A stretch of 64,000 nucleotides of DNA from Paracoccaceae bacterium. Its GTDB lineage: Bacteria; Pseudomonadota; Alphaproteobacteria; Rhodobacterales; Rhodobacteraceae. The stretch is from positions 10,563-74,562 of the forward strand of contig JAQWIK010000109.1 in assembly GCA_029248915.1 (NCBI GenBank), given 5' to 3'. A program made the translations under genes and the position numbers. Below the pieces are notes generated by a model, which saw nothing but the letters and a program-made list of their open reading frames with translations, searched no databases and had not been told where the DNA came from. Shown in pieces: positions 21,173-32,183 of the stretch; within the stretch, counting starts at the first letter, position 1, and each line of letters starts with the position of its first letter.

Positions 21173-21206
21173 CAGGTGGATCTTTGAAATATAATTTTCA
21201 AGGGGT
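21173..21206 (-). promoter_or_regulatory. Candidate sigma-32 (RpoH) promoter of hsp20
   Basis: The minus strand reads CCCCTTGAAA (rc of 21197-21206), then a 17-nt spacer after CTTGAA, then CCACCTGT (rc of 21173-21180). Compare E. coli-type CCCTTGAA-N13-17-CCCCATNT. It lies about 57 nt upstream of the ATG. The -10 match is imperfect. Confidence 0.35.
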
Positions 21207-21260
21207 TAACAAGCAAAATTAATTACCCTATTAGATTAAGGTATTCAGCAGGATCATTTA

Positions 21261-21485
21261 ATGAGTACTTCAGACAAAATATCGATGCAAACCGAAGAAG
21301 TCTTGAAGGTGGAATTAGAATTCTTTCGCCAAGAACACCGCGATTTAGATCAGGCAATTATCGCACTATCTGATACCGCTACCTCCGATAGACTTATGAT
21401 ACAGAGGCTGAAAAAGAAAAAATTACAGTTAAAAGACAAAATTACACTACTGGAAGATAGACTTACACCCGATATTATTGCCTAA
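21261..21485 (+). CDS. DUF465 (YdcH) family protein
   Basis: 74 aa. EHRDLDQAI ... RLKKKKLQLKDKI ... PDIIA is the typical DUF465 pattern. Confidence 0.75.
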   Translation: MSTSDKISMQTEEVLKVELEFFRQEHRDLDQAIIALSDTATSDRLMIQRLKKKKLQLKDKITLLEDRLTPDIIA

Positions 21486-21531
21486 GTTATATTCCTATTA
21501 TATTAGGCAAGTCGTGAACACGAGGTAAAAA

Positions 21532-22020
21532 ATGAGCGATATCCAGGTAGGTTTAATTATGGGCAGCCAGTCAGATTGGTCAACCATGAAGGAAGCAGCT
21601 GATATTTTATCAGAGCTCGACATAACTTATGAAAATAAAATTATTTCAGCTCATAGAACTCCAGATCGTTTGTGGTCATATGGTGAGGCTGCCGATCAAA
21701 GAGGTTTGAAAGTAATTATAGCAGGCGCCGGGGGTGCAGCCCATCTTCCAGGAATGATAGCTTCAAAAACCAACTTACCTGTTGTCGGCATACCTGTAAC
21801 CACATCGACTTTAAATGGGATAGATAGTCTTTATTCTATTCTGCAAATGCCACGAGGCTATCCGGTTGCAACGATGGCTATAGGGGCGCAAGGTGCAAAA
21901 AATGGAGGCTTATTGGCAGCTCAAATAATAGCATTATCTGATCCAGAACTAAACAAAAGACTTAGTAAATGGCGGAACGCTTTATCAGCTTCAATACCTG
22001 ATGAACCTCAAGATGAATAA
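21532..22020 (+). CDS. purE: N5-carboxyaminoimidazole ribonucleotide mutase
   Basis: 162 aa. IIMGSQSDW, SAHRTPD and AGGAAHLPGM. Confidence 0.95.
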   Translation: MSDIQVGLIMGSQSDWSTMKEAADILSELDITYENKIISAHRTPDRLWSYGEAADQRGLKVIIAGAGGAAHLPGMIASKTNLPVVGIPVTTSTLNGIDSLYSILQMPRGYPVATMAIGAQGAKNGGLLAAQIIALSDPELNKRLSKWRNALSASIPDEPQDE

Positions 22021-23080
22021 ACCATTATTAAGAGGGTCTTCAATAGGCATACTGGGTGGCGGACAGCTGGGGCAGATGCTGAGTATGGCGGCTGCCCGAC
22101 TTGGTTTTAAAACCCATATTTTTGAACCAAGTAGCAATCCACCTGCTTCAAATGTATCATCTAAATTTACTCAATCAAAATACGATGATTATGACGCACT
22201 TAAGAAATTTGCTTCAAGCGTTGATGTCGTTACATATGAGTTCGAAAATATCCCAACCGGCGCATTGGATATTATTGAGACACAATGTGAAATATTTCCT
22301 AGTAGAGAGGCTTTAAAAATATCACAAGACCGGCTTGTAGAAAAAGAATTTATTAATAAGTTAGGATTTAAAACTGCAAGCTTTCACAAAGTGAGTTCTT
22401 TAGAAGACTTGACCAGTGCACTAGATCAAATTGGAACCCCTAGCATACTAAAAACGCGCCGTTTTGGATATGACGGAAAAGGACAAGTAAAGATGTACTC
22501 CTCTTCAAAACCTGAAGAGGTTTGGAAGAGCTTAGACCAGAAGGATTTAATACTAGAGGGCTTTGTAAATTTTACTAGTGAGTTTTCTGTAATCGGATCA
22601 CGATCACAAGATGGTCAAATATCATGCTTTGATCCTGGAGAAAATGTGCACCAAGAAGGAATTTTAAGGACTACGACTGTACCGGCAGACATAACAAATC
22701 AGCAAAAAACGGAAGCTGTTTTAATTACGGCAAAAATCTTAGAATCCTTAAACTACGTTGGTGTAATTGGTGTTGAGTTTTTTTTAGAAAAAGGCTCTCT
22801 GGTTATAAATGAATTTGCTCCAAGGGTTCATAATTCCGGTCATTGGACACAAAATGGCTGCACGGTAGATCAGTTTGAACAACATATTAGGGCGATAGCG
22901 GGCTGGAAACTTGGTAATGCTGAAAGGCACAGCAATATTGTGATGGAAAATCTCATAGGGGATGAAATCCATAAAACTGACCAATTGGTTGAGGAAGGAT
23001 CCATTGCATTACACTTATATGGAAAAGCTGATATAAAACCTGGCCGCAAAATGGGTCACTTTAACCGAATTAAAAAATAA
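22001..23080 (+). CDS. purK: N5-carboxyaminoimidazole ribonucleotide synthase
   Basis: 359 aa. ATP-grasp fold, ILGGGQLGQM, YDGKGQ and APRVHNSGHWT. The start may be the second Met at 22013. Overlaps purE. Confidence 0.9.
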   Translation: MNLKMNKPLLRGSSIGILGGGQLGQMLSMAAARLGFKTHIFEPSSNPPASNVSSKFTQSKYDDYDALKKFASSVDVVTYEFENIPTGALDIIETQCEIFPSREALKISQDRLVEKEFINKLGFKTASFHKVSSLEDLTSALDQIGTPSILKTRRFGYDGKGQVKMYSSSKPEEVWKSLDQKDLILEGFVNFTSEFSVIGSRSQDGQISCFDPGENVHQEGILRTTTVPADITNQQKTEAVLITAKILESLNYVGVIGVEFFLEKGSLVINEFAPRVHNSGHWTQNGCTVDQFEQHIRAIAGWKLGNAERHSNIVMENLIGDEIHKTDQLVEEGSIALHLYGKADIKPGRKMGHFNRIKK

Positions 23081-23093
23081 ACTAGTGGTAATT

Positions 23094-23124
23094 AAAAAAA
23101 ACCCCAGAATAAATCCTGGGGTTT
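23094..23124. terminator. Bidirectional terminator between purK and groEL
   Basis: Stem CCCCAG / CTGGGG (23102-23107 / 23116-23121), extended by A:T pairs, with an 8-nt loop. It is flanked by A8 on the left (T8 for minus-strand groESL) and TTT on the right. Confidence 0.7.
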
Positions 23125-23145
23125 CTAAAATTATAATTGGTAGGG

Positions 23146-24816
<1,671 letters not shown>

Positions 24817-24842
24817 CTATTTGTTAAAATTAATTTTTGCGA

Positions 24843-25130
24843 TTAAGACAAAGTGCCTAAAATATCGCTTTCTTTCATGATAAGAAGTTCTTCTCCATCA
24901 ATGGTTACTTCTGTTCCAGACCATTTTCCGAATAAAATTTTATCACCTTCGTTAACTGACATAGCAATCAGTTCACCGCTGTCCTTGCGAGCACCTTCGC
25001 CAGCAGCTACGATCACACCTTCCGCGGGCTTTTCTTTAGCACTTTCAGGAATAATCAATCCACCAGATGTTTTTTCGTCACTTTCTACGCGGCGAACAAG
25101 AACACGGTCATGAAGTGGTTTTAATGCCAT
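24843..25130 (-). CDS. groS: Co-chaperonin GroES
   Basis: 95 aa. [33 protein letters not shown]. Confidence 0.97.
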   Translation of the reverse strand: MALKPLHDRVLVRRVESDEKTSGGLIIPESAKEKPAEGVIVAAGEGARKDSGELIAMSVNEGDKILFGKWSGTEVTIDGEELLIMKESDILGTLS

Positions 25131-25175
25131 CTTAAGGCTCCTTCACTTAGTTACGTTATACCCTTTTATGGGCAA

Positions 25176-25202
25176 TTATCACTCAACACTGACGAGTGAT
25201 AA
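25176..25202 (-). promoter_or_regulatory. CIRCE-like inverted repeat (HrcA operator type) upstream of groES
   Basis: TTATCACTC-N9-GAGTGATAA is a perfect 9-bp inverted repeat with a 9-nt spacer, 46-72 nt upstream of the groES ATG. It matches CIRCE TTAGCACTC-N9-GAGTGCTAA apart from one symmetric substitution per arm. Confidence 0.7.
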
Positions 25203-25209
25203 CGAACGC

Positions 25210-25238
25210 TATCTATGTATGGTGTATGGCAGAGTCAA
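25210..25238 (-). promoter_or_regulatory. Candidate sigma-70-type promoter of groESL
   Basis: The minus strand reads TTGACT (rc of 25233-25238), 17 nt, then TAGATA (rc of 25210-25215). This places the start site just before the CIRCE-like element. Confidence 0.4.
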
Positions 25239-25280
25239 CCACTTAGGTTAAAAAAATTTTAATTAATAAAGAACCATTGA

Positions 25281-27296
25281 TCAAACTAATCCACGACCTT
25301 TTAAAAGAGCATCTACCTTTGGTAATTTTCCTCTAAACTGCACATAGGCTAATTCAGAATCCATACTGTTACCGATAGAGAGAATATTTTTTTCTAGTGA
25401 ATTAGCCAAGTGCCTGTCGAATGGATTACCTACTTCTTTGAATGCCGAAAAAACATCTTCATCCATAACCTCCGACCACATGTAACTGTAGTAGGCAGCA
25501 GCGTAGTAACCGCCAGAAAAAACATGAGAAAAATGAGGAGTTGCATGTCGCATCTCAATCACTTTAGGCATCTCTATTTTGTTTAGAATTTCAGTTTGAA
25601 ATTTCATCACATCTTTGTCTTTGTCCGAAAGATGAAAGTGAAGGTCCACCAGAGCACTCGAAATGTATTCAACAGTCTGGTAACCCATATCAAAGTTAGC
25701 AGCGCCAATAATTCTTTCTATTAATACATCTGAAATTGGTTGTTTGGTTTCATAATGAAGTGCAAACTGTTTTAAAACCTCTGGAACAGTCAGCCAATGT
25801 TCATATAGTTGACTTGGTAACTCGACAAAATCGCGCGAAACAGCAGTACCAGACAGAGGTTCATAAGTCACGTTCGATAGCAATTGATGAAGCGCATGCC
25901 CAAATTCGTGAAACAAAGTTTGAGCGTCATCAAACGATAAAAGTGTGGGTGATCCTTTTGCAAAATTACAAACGTTTAATACTATTGGCTTTTGCAAGAT
26001 TGGAAATTTAGCTTGAGATTGAAACGCACTACACCAAGCACCAGATCGTTTGGAAGGTCTGGCAAAATAATCGCCTATAAATAATCCAACAGCTTTATCG
26101 TCCCTAAAGACTTCCCAAGCTTTACAGTCTTTATGATATAAGGGCACTTCTATTGGTACGAATGAAAGATTAAATAATCTATTTGCACAATAAAACGCTG
26201 CCTCGATCATTTGATGTAGGCCAAAATATGGTTTTATCTCTAATTCATTCAATTCATGTTCTTTTTGTCTTCTTTTTTCTGAGTAATATAACCAGTCCCA
26301 AGAACTGAAATCATCCCTAATGCCATCTTTAGCCATGTAGGCTGTCAGAATTTTTTGATCCTTTTTAGCCTGCTCTTTGGAGCACTCCCAAACCAGCATT
26401 AAAAGCTTCTCAACGTTTTCTGGCTTTTTTGCCATTTCCGTTTCCAACTTAAATTCGGCAAAATTCTTATAACCAAGCAAATCAGCCATCTGCCTCCGCA
26501 GAGTTAATGTTTCGCGCGCAATCGACCTATTATCAGTTTCTTCTTTTAGCATCCCTCGAGACACCCAAGCCTTCTGAGCTTGCTTCCTAAGTTCACGATT
26601 GGGAGAAAATTTCAAAAATGGTGTAATAATTGATCGAGACAAAGTAATAATAGGTTTTTCTATTCCTTTTTCGTCCGCTGCTTGTCTTGCAGCCTCTATC
26701 AAAAAATCAGGTAGTGCAGCTTGATCCTCTAAACTTAGCTCGAGGTACCAAGAACTTTCATCAGCTAGTAAATTTTGTGAAAACTGTGTGCCCAGAATTG
26801 AAAGTTGCTTTTTAATATCTTTCATTCTTTCTTTATTTTTAACATTAAGAGAAGCACCCGCTCTTGTATAATCCCGGTATATTTTTTCTAGTAGCCTGTA
26901 CTGTTCAGGTAGTAAGTCTAGACTTTCAATTTTCTCAAATAGTTCCTGAATTCGACTGAAAAGCTTTTGATTTGATGTAATTTTGGATGCATGTGATGCC
27001 AACTTTGGAGAAAATTCCATCATCAGCTTTTCTCGTTGATCATTCGAGTTTGTACTAATCAAAGTATAAAAAGTAGATAAAACCCTATCCAGGAGCTTGC
27101 CCGACTTCAAAATTGCATGAATAGTATTATCAAAAGTTGGTGGGTCGGGATTGTCACAAATATCTTGAATTTCCGAAAGTTCGTCCTCGATTGCTTTTTC
27201 CAAAGCATCAGAAAAATGGTGGTCTAAAACTTTGTCAAACGGTGCAAGTTTGTAAGGAGTGTTCCAATTTTTCAGTAATGGGTTTTCATTAATCAT
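25281..27296 (-). CDS. dcp: M3 family metallopeptidase, peptidyl-dipeptidase Dcp-like
   Basis: 671 aa. Zinc motif HEFGHALH with a downstream E in VELPSQLYE. The length matches Dcp rather than oligopeptidase A, but I cannot separate the two with certainty. Confidence 0.8.
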   Translation of the reverse strand: MINENPLLKNWNTPYKLAPFDKVLDHHFSDALEKAIEDELSEIQDICDNPDPPTFDNTIHAILKSGKLLDRVLSTFYTLISTNSNDQREKLMMEFSPKLASHASKITSNQKLFSRIQELFEKIESLDLLPEQYRLLEKIYRDYTRAGASLNVKNKERMKDIKKQLSILGTQFSQNLLADESSWYLELSLEDQAALPDFLIEAARQAADEKGIEKPIITLSRSIITPFLKFSPNRELRKQAQKAWVSRGMLKEETDNRSIARETLTLRRQMADLLGYKNFAEFKLETEMAKKPENVEKLLMLVWECSKEQAKKDQKILTAYMAKDGIRDDFSSWDWLYYSEKRRQKEHELNELEIKPYFGLHQMIEAAFYCANRLFNLSFVPIEVPLYHKDCKAWEVFRDDKAVGLFIGDYFARPSKRSGAWCSAFQSQAKFPILQKPIVLNVCNFAKGSPTLLSFDDAQTLFHEFGHALHQLLSNVTYEPLSGTAVSRDFVELPSQLYEHWLTVPEVLKQFALHYETKQPISDVLIERIIGAANFDMGYQTVEYISSALVDLHFHLSDKDKDVMKFQTEILNKIEMPKVIEMRHATPHFSHVFSGGYYAAAYYSYMWSEVMDEDVFSAFKEVGNPFDRHLANSLEKNILSIGNSMDSELAYVQFRGKLPKVDALLKGRGLV

Positions 27297-27306
27297 CTTA
27301 ACGTCT

Positions 27307-28344
27307 TCAAATAGAGCAAACAGGGCATTTTTTATTAGGTTTTATTTTTATTTTGCGACTTTCCCCTCTTAGACCATCATAGATAAACATTTGACCCAAT
27401 AGCGTATTACCAGATTGGCTTAGAATTTTTAAGGTTTCAACAGCCATTACCGATCCAATAACACCTGATAAAGGGGAAAAAACACCGCCCTCAGAACATG
27501 TTAATGCTAACCCTTCTTTAGGGGGGGTCGGAAATACGCAAGCATAGCAAGGCGCTCCTTTGTGTGGGGCAAATACTGAAACCTGACCCTCCCATTGGCC
27601 AAGAGCGCCTGAAACTAAGTATTTTTTCGTAACATTAGCTGCGGCGTTCGATATATATCTTGTCTCAAAATTATCAGTACCATCTATTATAACATCATAC
27701 TCAGAAAAAATTTCCTCCGCTATGTCGGAATTTAATCGCCTATTATACGGCCGAACGTTTACATTGCTATTCAATTTATGAATGGCGTCCACTGCCGAAA
27801 AAACCTTTTGCTCACCTACTTTTTTTGTTGGGAATATAACCTGCCTTTGCAAATTTGATAAACTGACTTTGTCATGATCAATAATTCCGATTATGCCGAC
27901 ACCTGATGCGGCTAAATATTGAATAACTGGAGCACCTAAGCCTCCTGCCCCTATTATGAGAACACTGGAATTTTTAATACGCTGCTGTCCCAGCCCACCA
28001 AGTTCTTTCAATATAATATGCCTAGAATAACGCTCGAGTTCATGATTTGAAAACTCATTCGATTCCTTTACATCGGCACGGTTAATATCGTGCGATTTAT
28101 TTCTCAGCACTTTTATGAAAAATCGAAAAAAAAAGGTCCCACCTAAAATAAAAGAGACAGTTGCCAAAGGCGCCCAACCACCCATACTAACTGAAAAGGA
28201 ATTTGTCTCAGGAATTAACAAAAGCGTGACTAGAACAACAATCAATGAAATAAAAACATAGATCATTCTTAAATTTTGACTGACGCCCAAATAGCCAGCA
28301 AGGAGCCAAGTTAAAACTAAAAAGGTAAGAAAAGCTAATATCAT
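27307..28344 (-). CDS. HesA/MoeB/ThiF family adenylyltransferase with N-terminal membrane domain
   Basis: 345 aa. Residues 1-about 85 form three hydrophobic helices. Then come RYSRHIIL, the nucleotide loop IIGAGGLGAP, DHDKVSLSNLQRQ and two Cys pairs (CYACV, CPVC). ATGA overlap with the dut stop. Confidence 0.8.
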   Translation of the reverse strand: MILAFLTFLVLTWLLAGYLGVSQNLRMIYVFISLIVVLVTLLLIPETNSFSVSMGGWAPLATVSFILGGTFFFRFFIKVLRNKSHDINRADVKESNEFSNHELERYSRHIILKELGGLGQQRIKNSSVLIIGAGGLGAPVIQYLAASGVGIIGIIDHDKVSLSNLQRQVIFPTKKVGEQKVFSAVDAIHKLNSNVNVRPYNRRLNSDIAEEIFSEYDVIIDGTDNFETRYISNAAANVTKKYLVSGALGQWEGQVSVFAPHKGAPCYACVFPTPPKEGLALTCSEGGVFSPLSGVIGSVMAVETLKILSQSGNTLLGQMFIYDGLRGESRKIKIKPNKKCPVCSI

Positions 28345-28817
28345 TTCGTTCCTGTTGATCCAAAACCACTGCTACTTCTAATCGTCTGGCTCAAACTTTT
28401 TGAAACATTAAACTCAACTCCCACAGTTGAGGCGAAAACTATTTGTGCAACTCTCATGCCGTGGGTAATTACAAAATCAGAGTCCCCCATGTTTATCAAA
28501 ATTAAGCCGATGGGGCCTCTATAATCACTATCAATAGTACCTGGTGCGTTCAATAAGGTCAGACCATGCTTTAAAGCTAAGCCAGAACGAGGTCTCAACT
28601 GCCCTTCGAAGCCATAAGGTATTTCAAAGCACAACCCAGTGGGAACCAGTACCCGCTGCAATGGAGCTAAAGCCACACCACTAGTTCGAAATTCGTTACT
28701 AAAATTGGCTCTTAAGTCTGCACCAGCTGCTCCGTCAGTTTGAAACTTTGGAAGGCCCAAATTTTGATCAGCCTCTTTCGTCCAACTAACGACAACTTTA
28801 ATCATCCATTCCCTCAA
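28341..28817 (-). CDS. dut: dUTP diphosphatase
   Basis: 158 aa. GAAGADLRA, PRSGLALKHG, GTIDSDYRG and SSGFGSTG motifs. Confidence 0.92.
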   Translation of the reverse strand: MREWMIKVVVSWTKEADQNLGLPKFQTDGAAGADLRANFSNEFRTSGVALAPLQRVLVPTGLCFEIPYGFEGQLRPRSGLALKHGLTLLNAPGTIDSDYRGPIGLILINMGDSDFVITHGMRVAQIVFASTVGVEFNVSKSLSQTIRSSSGFGSTGTK

Positions 28818-30003
28818 GAGATTGGCTTATTTTATTAACTAAAATTTTAGCAAGTGCGCGTTTTGACATTGTGGGTAACTTTTCAATGCCAAACTCAGAA
28901 ACAATAATAGCTGTGTTTTCATTACCGCCCATAGTTTTAGTACCCAAAGAAACATCGTTTGCAACAATACAATCACAACCTTTCTTTTTTAGTTTAGATT
29001 TTGCATTTTCCAGTATATTTCCAGTTTCAGCGGCAAACCCCATAACAAATTTAGGCCTATTTTTTTTCAATTTTGACACTGAGGCCAAAATATCTTTGTT
29101 TTCTATCAGATCAAAAGTTGGCAACTTATCAGTTTGTTTCTTCAGCTTCTGGTCATTGGTATTTTTAATTTTCCAATCTGCAACTGCAGCTGTAAAAATC
29201 GCAACATCCGCTGGAAGAGAAGAATGGACAGCGTCATACATTTCGTCCGCAGTCTCTACTCTAATTACGTTTGAGCCACGTGGCGGTTCCAAATCAACAG
29301 GACCTGTGACAAATGTCACTTCAGCACCTTTTGCGATAAGCTCCTTTGCTATTGCTTCTCCTTGTAAACCAGAAGATCTGTTGCCAATGAAGCGCACTGG
29401 ATCTAATGGCTCTCTTGTTGGGCCTGAAGTTACTAGAAAATGAAGACCGTGTAACTTTTTGTCACAAAAATAGAGCTCTATTTCTTCAAGAATTTCATCT
29501 ACCTCGGCCATTCGCCCAAAACCAAACTCGCCACATGCCATCTGGCCTTGATTTGGTCCTATGAACTTAATGCCATTGTTATCTAAGGTTTTTACATTTT
29601 TTTGGGTTAAAGGATTTTCCCACATGCGAACATTCATCGCCGGCGCCATCAAAACGTTGGTATCAGTAGCTAAAATTATAGTACTAGCGAGATCATTTGC
29701 CTGACCCGTTGCCGTTTTGGCAATAAAATCTGCGCTAGCCGGTACAACAATGATTAAATCAGCACTTCGAGACAACTCAATGTGACCCATTTCTGCCTCA
29801 TCAGTTAAATCAAACAACTGGTTGAAGACTTTTTCTTGGGATAGCGCTGAAACTGACATTGGAGTAACGAAGTTTTCAGCAGATTGGGTCATGACAGGAG
29901 TAACCATGGAACCCTTGTCCTTTAGCTTCCTGATCAAATCCAAGGACTTATATGCCGCTATCCCGCCTGTAATAATGATAAGAATGTTTTTGCCGGTAAG
30001 CAT
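28798..30003 (-). CDS. coaBC: Bifunctional phosphopantothenoylcysteine decarboxylase / phosphopantothenate-cysteine ligase
   Basis: 401 aa. N-terminal flavoprotein ILIIITGGIAAYK and PAMNVRMW. C-terminal CoaB has TSGPTREPLDPVRFIGNRSSG. Confidence 0.93.
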   Translation of the reverse strand: MLTGKNILIIITGGIAAYKSLDLIRKLKDKGSMVTPVMTQSAENFVTPMSVSALSQEKVFNQLFDLTDEAEMGHIELSRSADLIIVVPASADFIAKTATGQANDLASTIILATDTNVLMAPAMNVRMWENPLTQKNVKTLDNNGIKFIGPNQGQMACGEFGFGRMAEVDEILEEIELYFCDKKLHGLHFLVTSGPTREPLDPVRFIGNRSSGLQGEAIAKELIAKGAEVTFVTGPVDLEPPRGSNVIRVETADEMYDAVHSSLPADVAIFTAAVADWKIKNTNDQKLKKQTDKLPTFDLIENKDILASVSKLKKNRPKFVMGFAAETGNILENAKSKLKKKGCDCIVANDVSLGTKTMGGNENTAIIVSEFGIEKLPTMSKRALAKILVNKISQSLEGMDD

Positions 30004-30093
30004 CTATAAACTCGCTACGTTAGACACCAGAACTCTAGTGCCTTAAGACACCAACATGCAACCCGTAGATTCAAACATCACAAGCATAAAAAT

Positions 30094-30969
30094 TTAAAGA
30101 AAGTTTTTTACTTCGCCAGCGTTTTTTTCCAAATATTTACGCATTTTTCCAAAAGCTGCAGCCTCAAGTTGCCGAACCCGCTCTTTCGAAAGACTGAGTT
30201 CAGCTCCCAAGCTTTCTAGTGTTCTCGGACTTTCGATTAATTTTCGCTGACGAACAATAAATTGTTCTCTATCGTTAAGTGTATCCATAGCTACTCCTAT
30301 CCAGTCAGCAAGCCGACCTTGATCATGCTCTTCTTCTACAGCTAGATCAGCCCGTGAGTTTTCATCCTCTAAAGTGTCTATCCACTCACGCCCTTCCTCA
30401 TCGCTTGCTTGAGTAGCATTCAGAGAAAAATCGGAACCAGACAAACGCCCATCCATCATTTCCACATCATTTAAAGGCACTCCAACTTCCGTCGCTATCA
30501 ACTGGTTCAGTTGATGCTTATCCAAACTTTCACCAGTTTGCTGCGCTTCGCGCTCAAGCTGAGCTTGAACTCTTCGCATGTTAAAAAACAAAGATTTTTG
30601 ACTACTCGTTGATCCCGTACGCACCATCGACCAATTTCGCATCACATAGTCTTGAACACTAGCTTTAATCCACCATACCGCATATGTGGAAAACCTAACG
30701 CCTCGGTCAGGGTCGAATTTTTCAGCGGCTTTCATTAAACCTAACCCGGCTTCCTGAACTAAATCGTTCATTGGAGCACCATATCGCTTAAACTTTGCAG
30801 CCATTGATATGGCCAACCTCATGTATGCTGTAATCAACCGGTGTAACGCCGCCTCATCTCGCGAGTCTCTCCAGGCGTAAGCAAGCTGAAGTTCAGTTTC
30901 AGCATCGAGCAATTCTGCTTTAACTGCTTTTCTGGTAAGTGACATATTTGTGTTATTGTCTAAAGCCAT
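30094..30969 (-). CDS. rpoH: RNA polymerase sigma-32 factor
   Basis: 291 aa. Sigma-70 regions 2-4 (DLVQEAGLGLMKAAEKFDPDRGVRFSTYAVWWI) and an RpoH-box-like SQKSLFFNMRRVQ. Confidence 0.92.
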   Translation of the reverse strand: MALDNNTNMSLTRKAVKAELLDAETELQLAYAWRDSRDEAALHRLITAYMRLAISMAAKFKRYGAPMNDLVQEAGLGLMKAAEKFDPDRGVRFSTYAVWWIKASVQDYVMRNWSMVRTGSTSSQKSLFFNMRRVQAQLEREAQQTGESLDKHQLNQLIATEVGVPLNDVEMMDGRLSGSDFSLNATQASDEEGREWIDTLEDENSRADLAVEEEHDQGRLADWIGVAMDTLNDREQFIVRQRKLIESPRTLESLGAELSLSKERVRQLEAAAFGKMRKYLEKNAGEVKNFL

Positions 30970-31171
30970 CTGTTTTATCCCTACACATTTAATCGAGCAC
31001 TTTTATTTGCTCACTTTTTAATATTAATACGGAAGATGAGTTGTGTTGGATCACTTTTGACAAATTCCAACCAGAAAATATTATGTCAAACACTGCTTAC
31101 AACGGTATTTACTGTTCTTAGATTAAAATGTGTTTATTTCTTAATTATTAGATTAATTCATTAAAAAGGGA

Positions 31172-32110
31172 TCAATGCTCTAGCTTTTTTTCTATCGCGT
31201 GCCAAATCATTTCTGCTATATTTACCTTATCGAACCGCTCTAACTCTTGGATCCCTGTTGGTGACGTGACGTTTATCTCTGTCAAATACTCACCTATGAC
31301 ATCTATACCAACAAAAACCTGCCCCTTACTCTTCAATGTGGGCCCAATAATACTGCAAATTTCTCTATCTCGCTGACTTAATTTTGCCGCCTCTGCTATT
31401 CCACCAACATGCATGTTTGATCTTACCTCGCCAACTTTTGGCACACGATTAATCGCTCCTACCGGCTCACCATCAACGAGTATAATGCGCTTATCACCAT
31501 TTTCGACGTCAGGTAAAAATGCTTGAGCAATCAAGGGCTCTGAGGACATATTAGAAAAAAGCTCATGCAACGAAGTTAAATTTTTATCATCTTCTCTTAA
31601 CCGAAAGATACCAGCTCCACCATTGCCGTATAATGGTTTAATAATGATATCATTAAATTCACTTTTGAATTTTTTAATTTCGTCTAAATCTCGAGATATT
31701 AAAGTGTCTGGGATCAAATCGGGGAATTCCAGTACTAACAGCTTTTCGGGTAAGTTCCTTACCCAGAAGGGATTGTTAACAATTAAGGTTTCTTGAGCAA
31801 CCAAATCTAGCAAGTGAGTATTGGTTATGTATCCCATGTCGAATGGTGGATCTTGCCGCAGCCAAATAATATCAAATTCACTTAAGGCTAACATTTCTTC
31901 AGTGCCAAAATTTACATGGTCACCAATTTTTCTTTTTAGACTTATTGAACGGACTTTTGCTGCAATTTTACCCCTATTAAAAGTCAAATCGTTGGGCGAA
32001 TAAACATATATTTCGTGACCCCTAATTTGAGCTTCTTCCGCGAGCCTAAAAGTACTATCTGCATTAATATCCACAAGTTCTATGGGATCCATTTGAAATG
32101 CAATTTTCAT
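31172..32110 (-). CDS. gshB: Glutathione synthetase (ATP-grasp)
   Basis: 312 aa. MKIAFQMDPIE start, FMRQDPPFD-like WLRQDPPFDM, PLYGNGGAGIF and TEINVTSPTG. Confidence 0.92.
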   Translation of the reverse strand: MKIAFQMDPIELVDINADSTFRLAEEAQIRGHEIYVYSPNDLTFNRGKIAAKVRSISLKRKIGDHVNFGTEEMLALSEFDIIWLRQDPPFDMGYITNTHLLDLVAQETLIVNNPFWVRNLPEKLLVLEFPDLIPDTLISRDLDEIKKFKSEFNDIIIKPLYGNGGAGIFRLREDDKNLTSLHELFSNMSSEPLIAQAFLPDVENGDKRIILVDGEPVGAINRVPKVGEVRSNMHVGGIAEAAKLSQRDREICSIIGPTLKSKGQVFVGIDVIGEYLTEINVTSPTGIQELERFDKVNIAEMIWHAIEKKLEH

Positions 32111-32183
32111 AAGCCCATTCCCTTTTATCGTGAATATTCAAAAGATTGATTTGGTAGCATCTTTGGGGTCAAAGGTAAACTAT

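Noticed and set aside
28871-29443. 190-aa plus-strand ORF
   Set aside because: It lies antisense to coaBC, whose frame carries all the CoaB/CoaC motifs. The ORF has no motif of its own.
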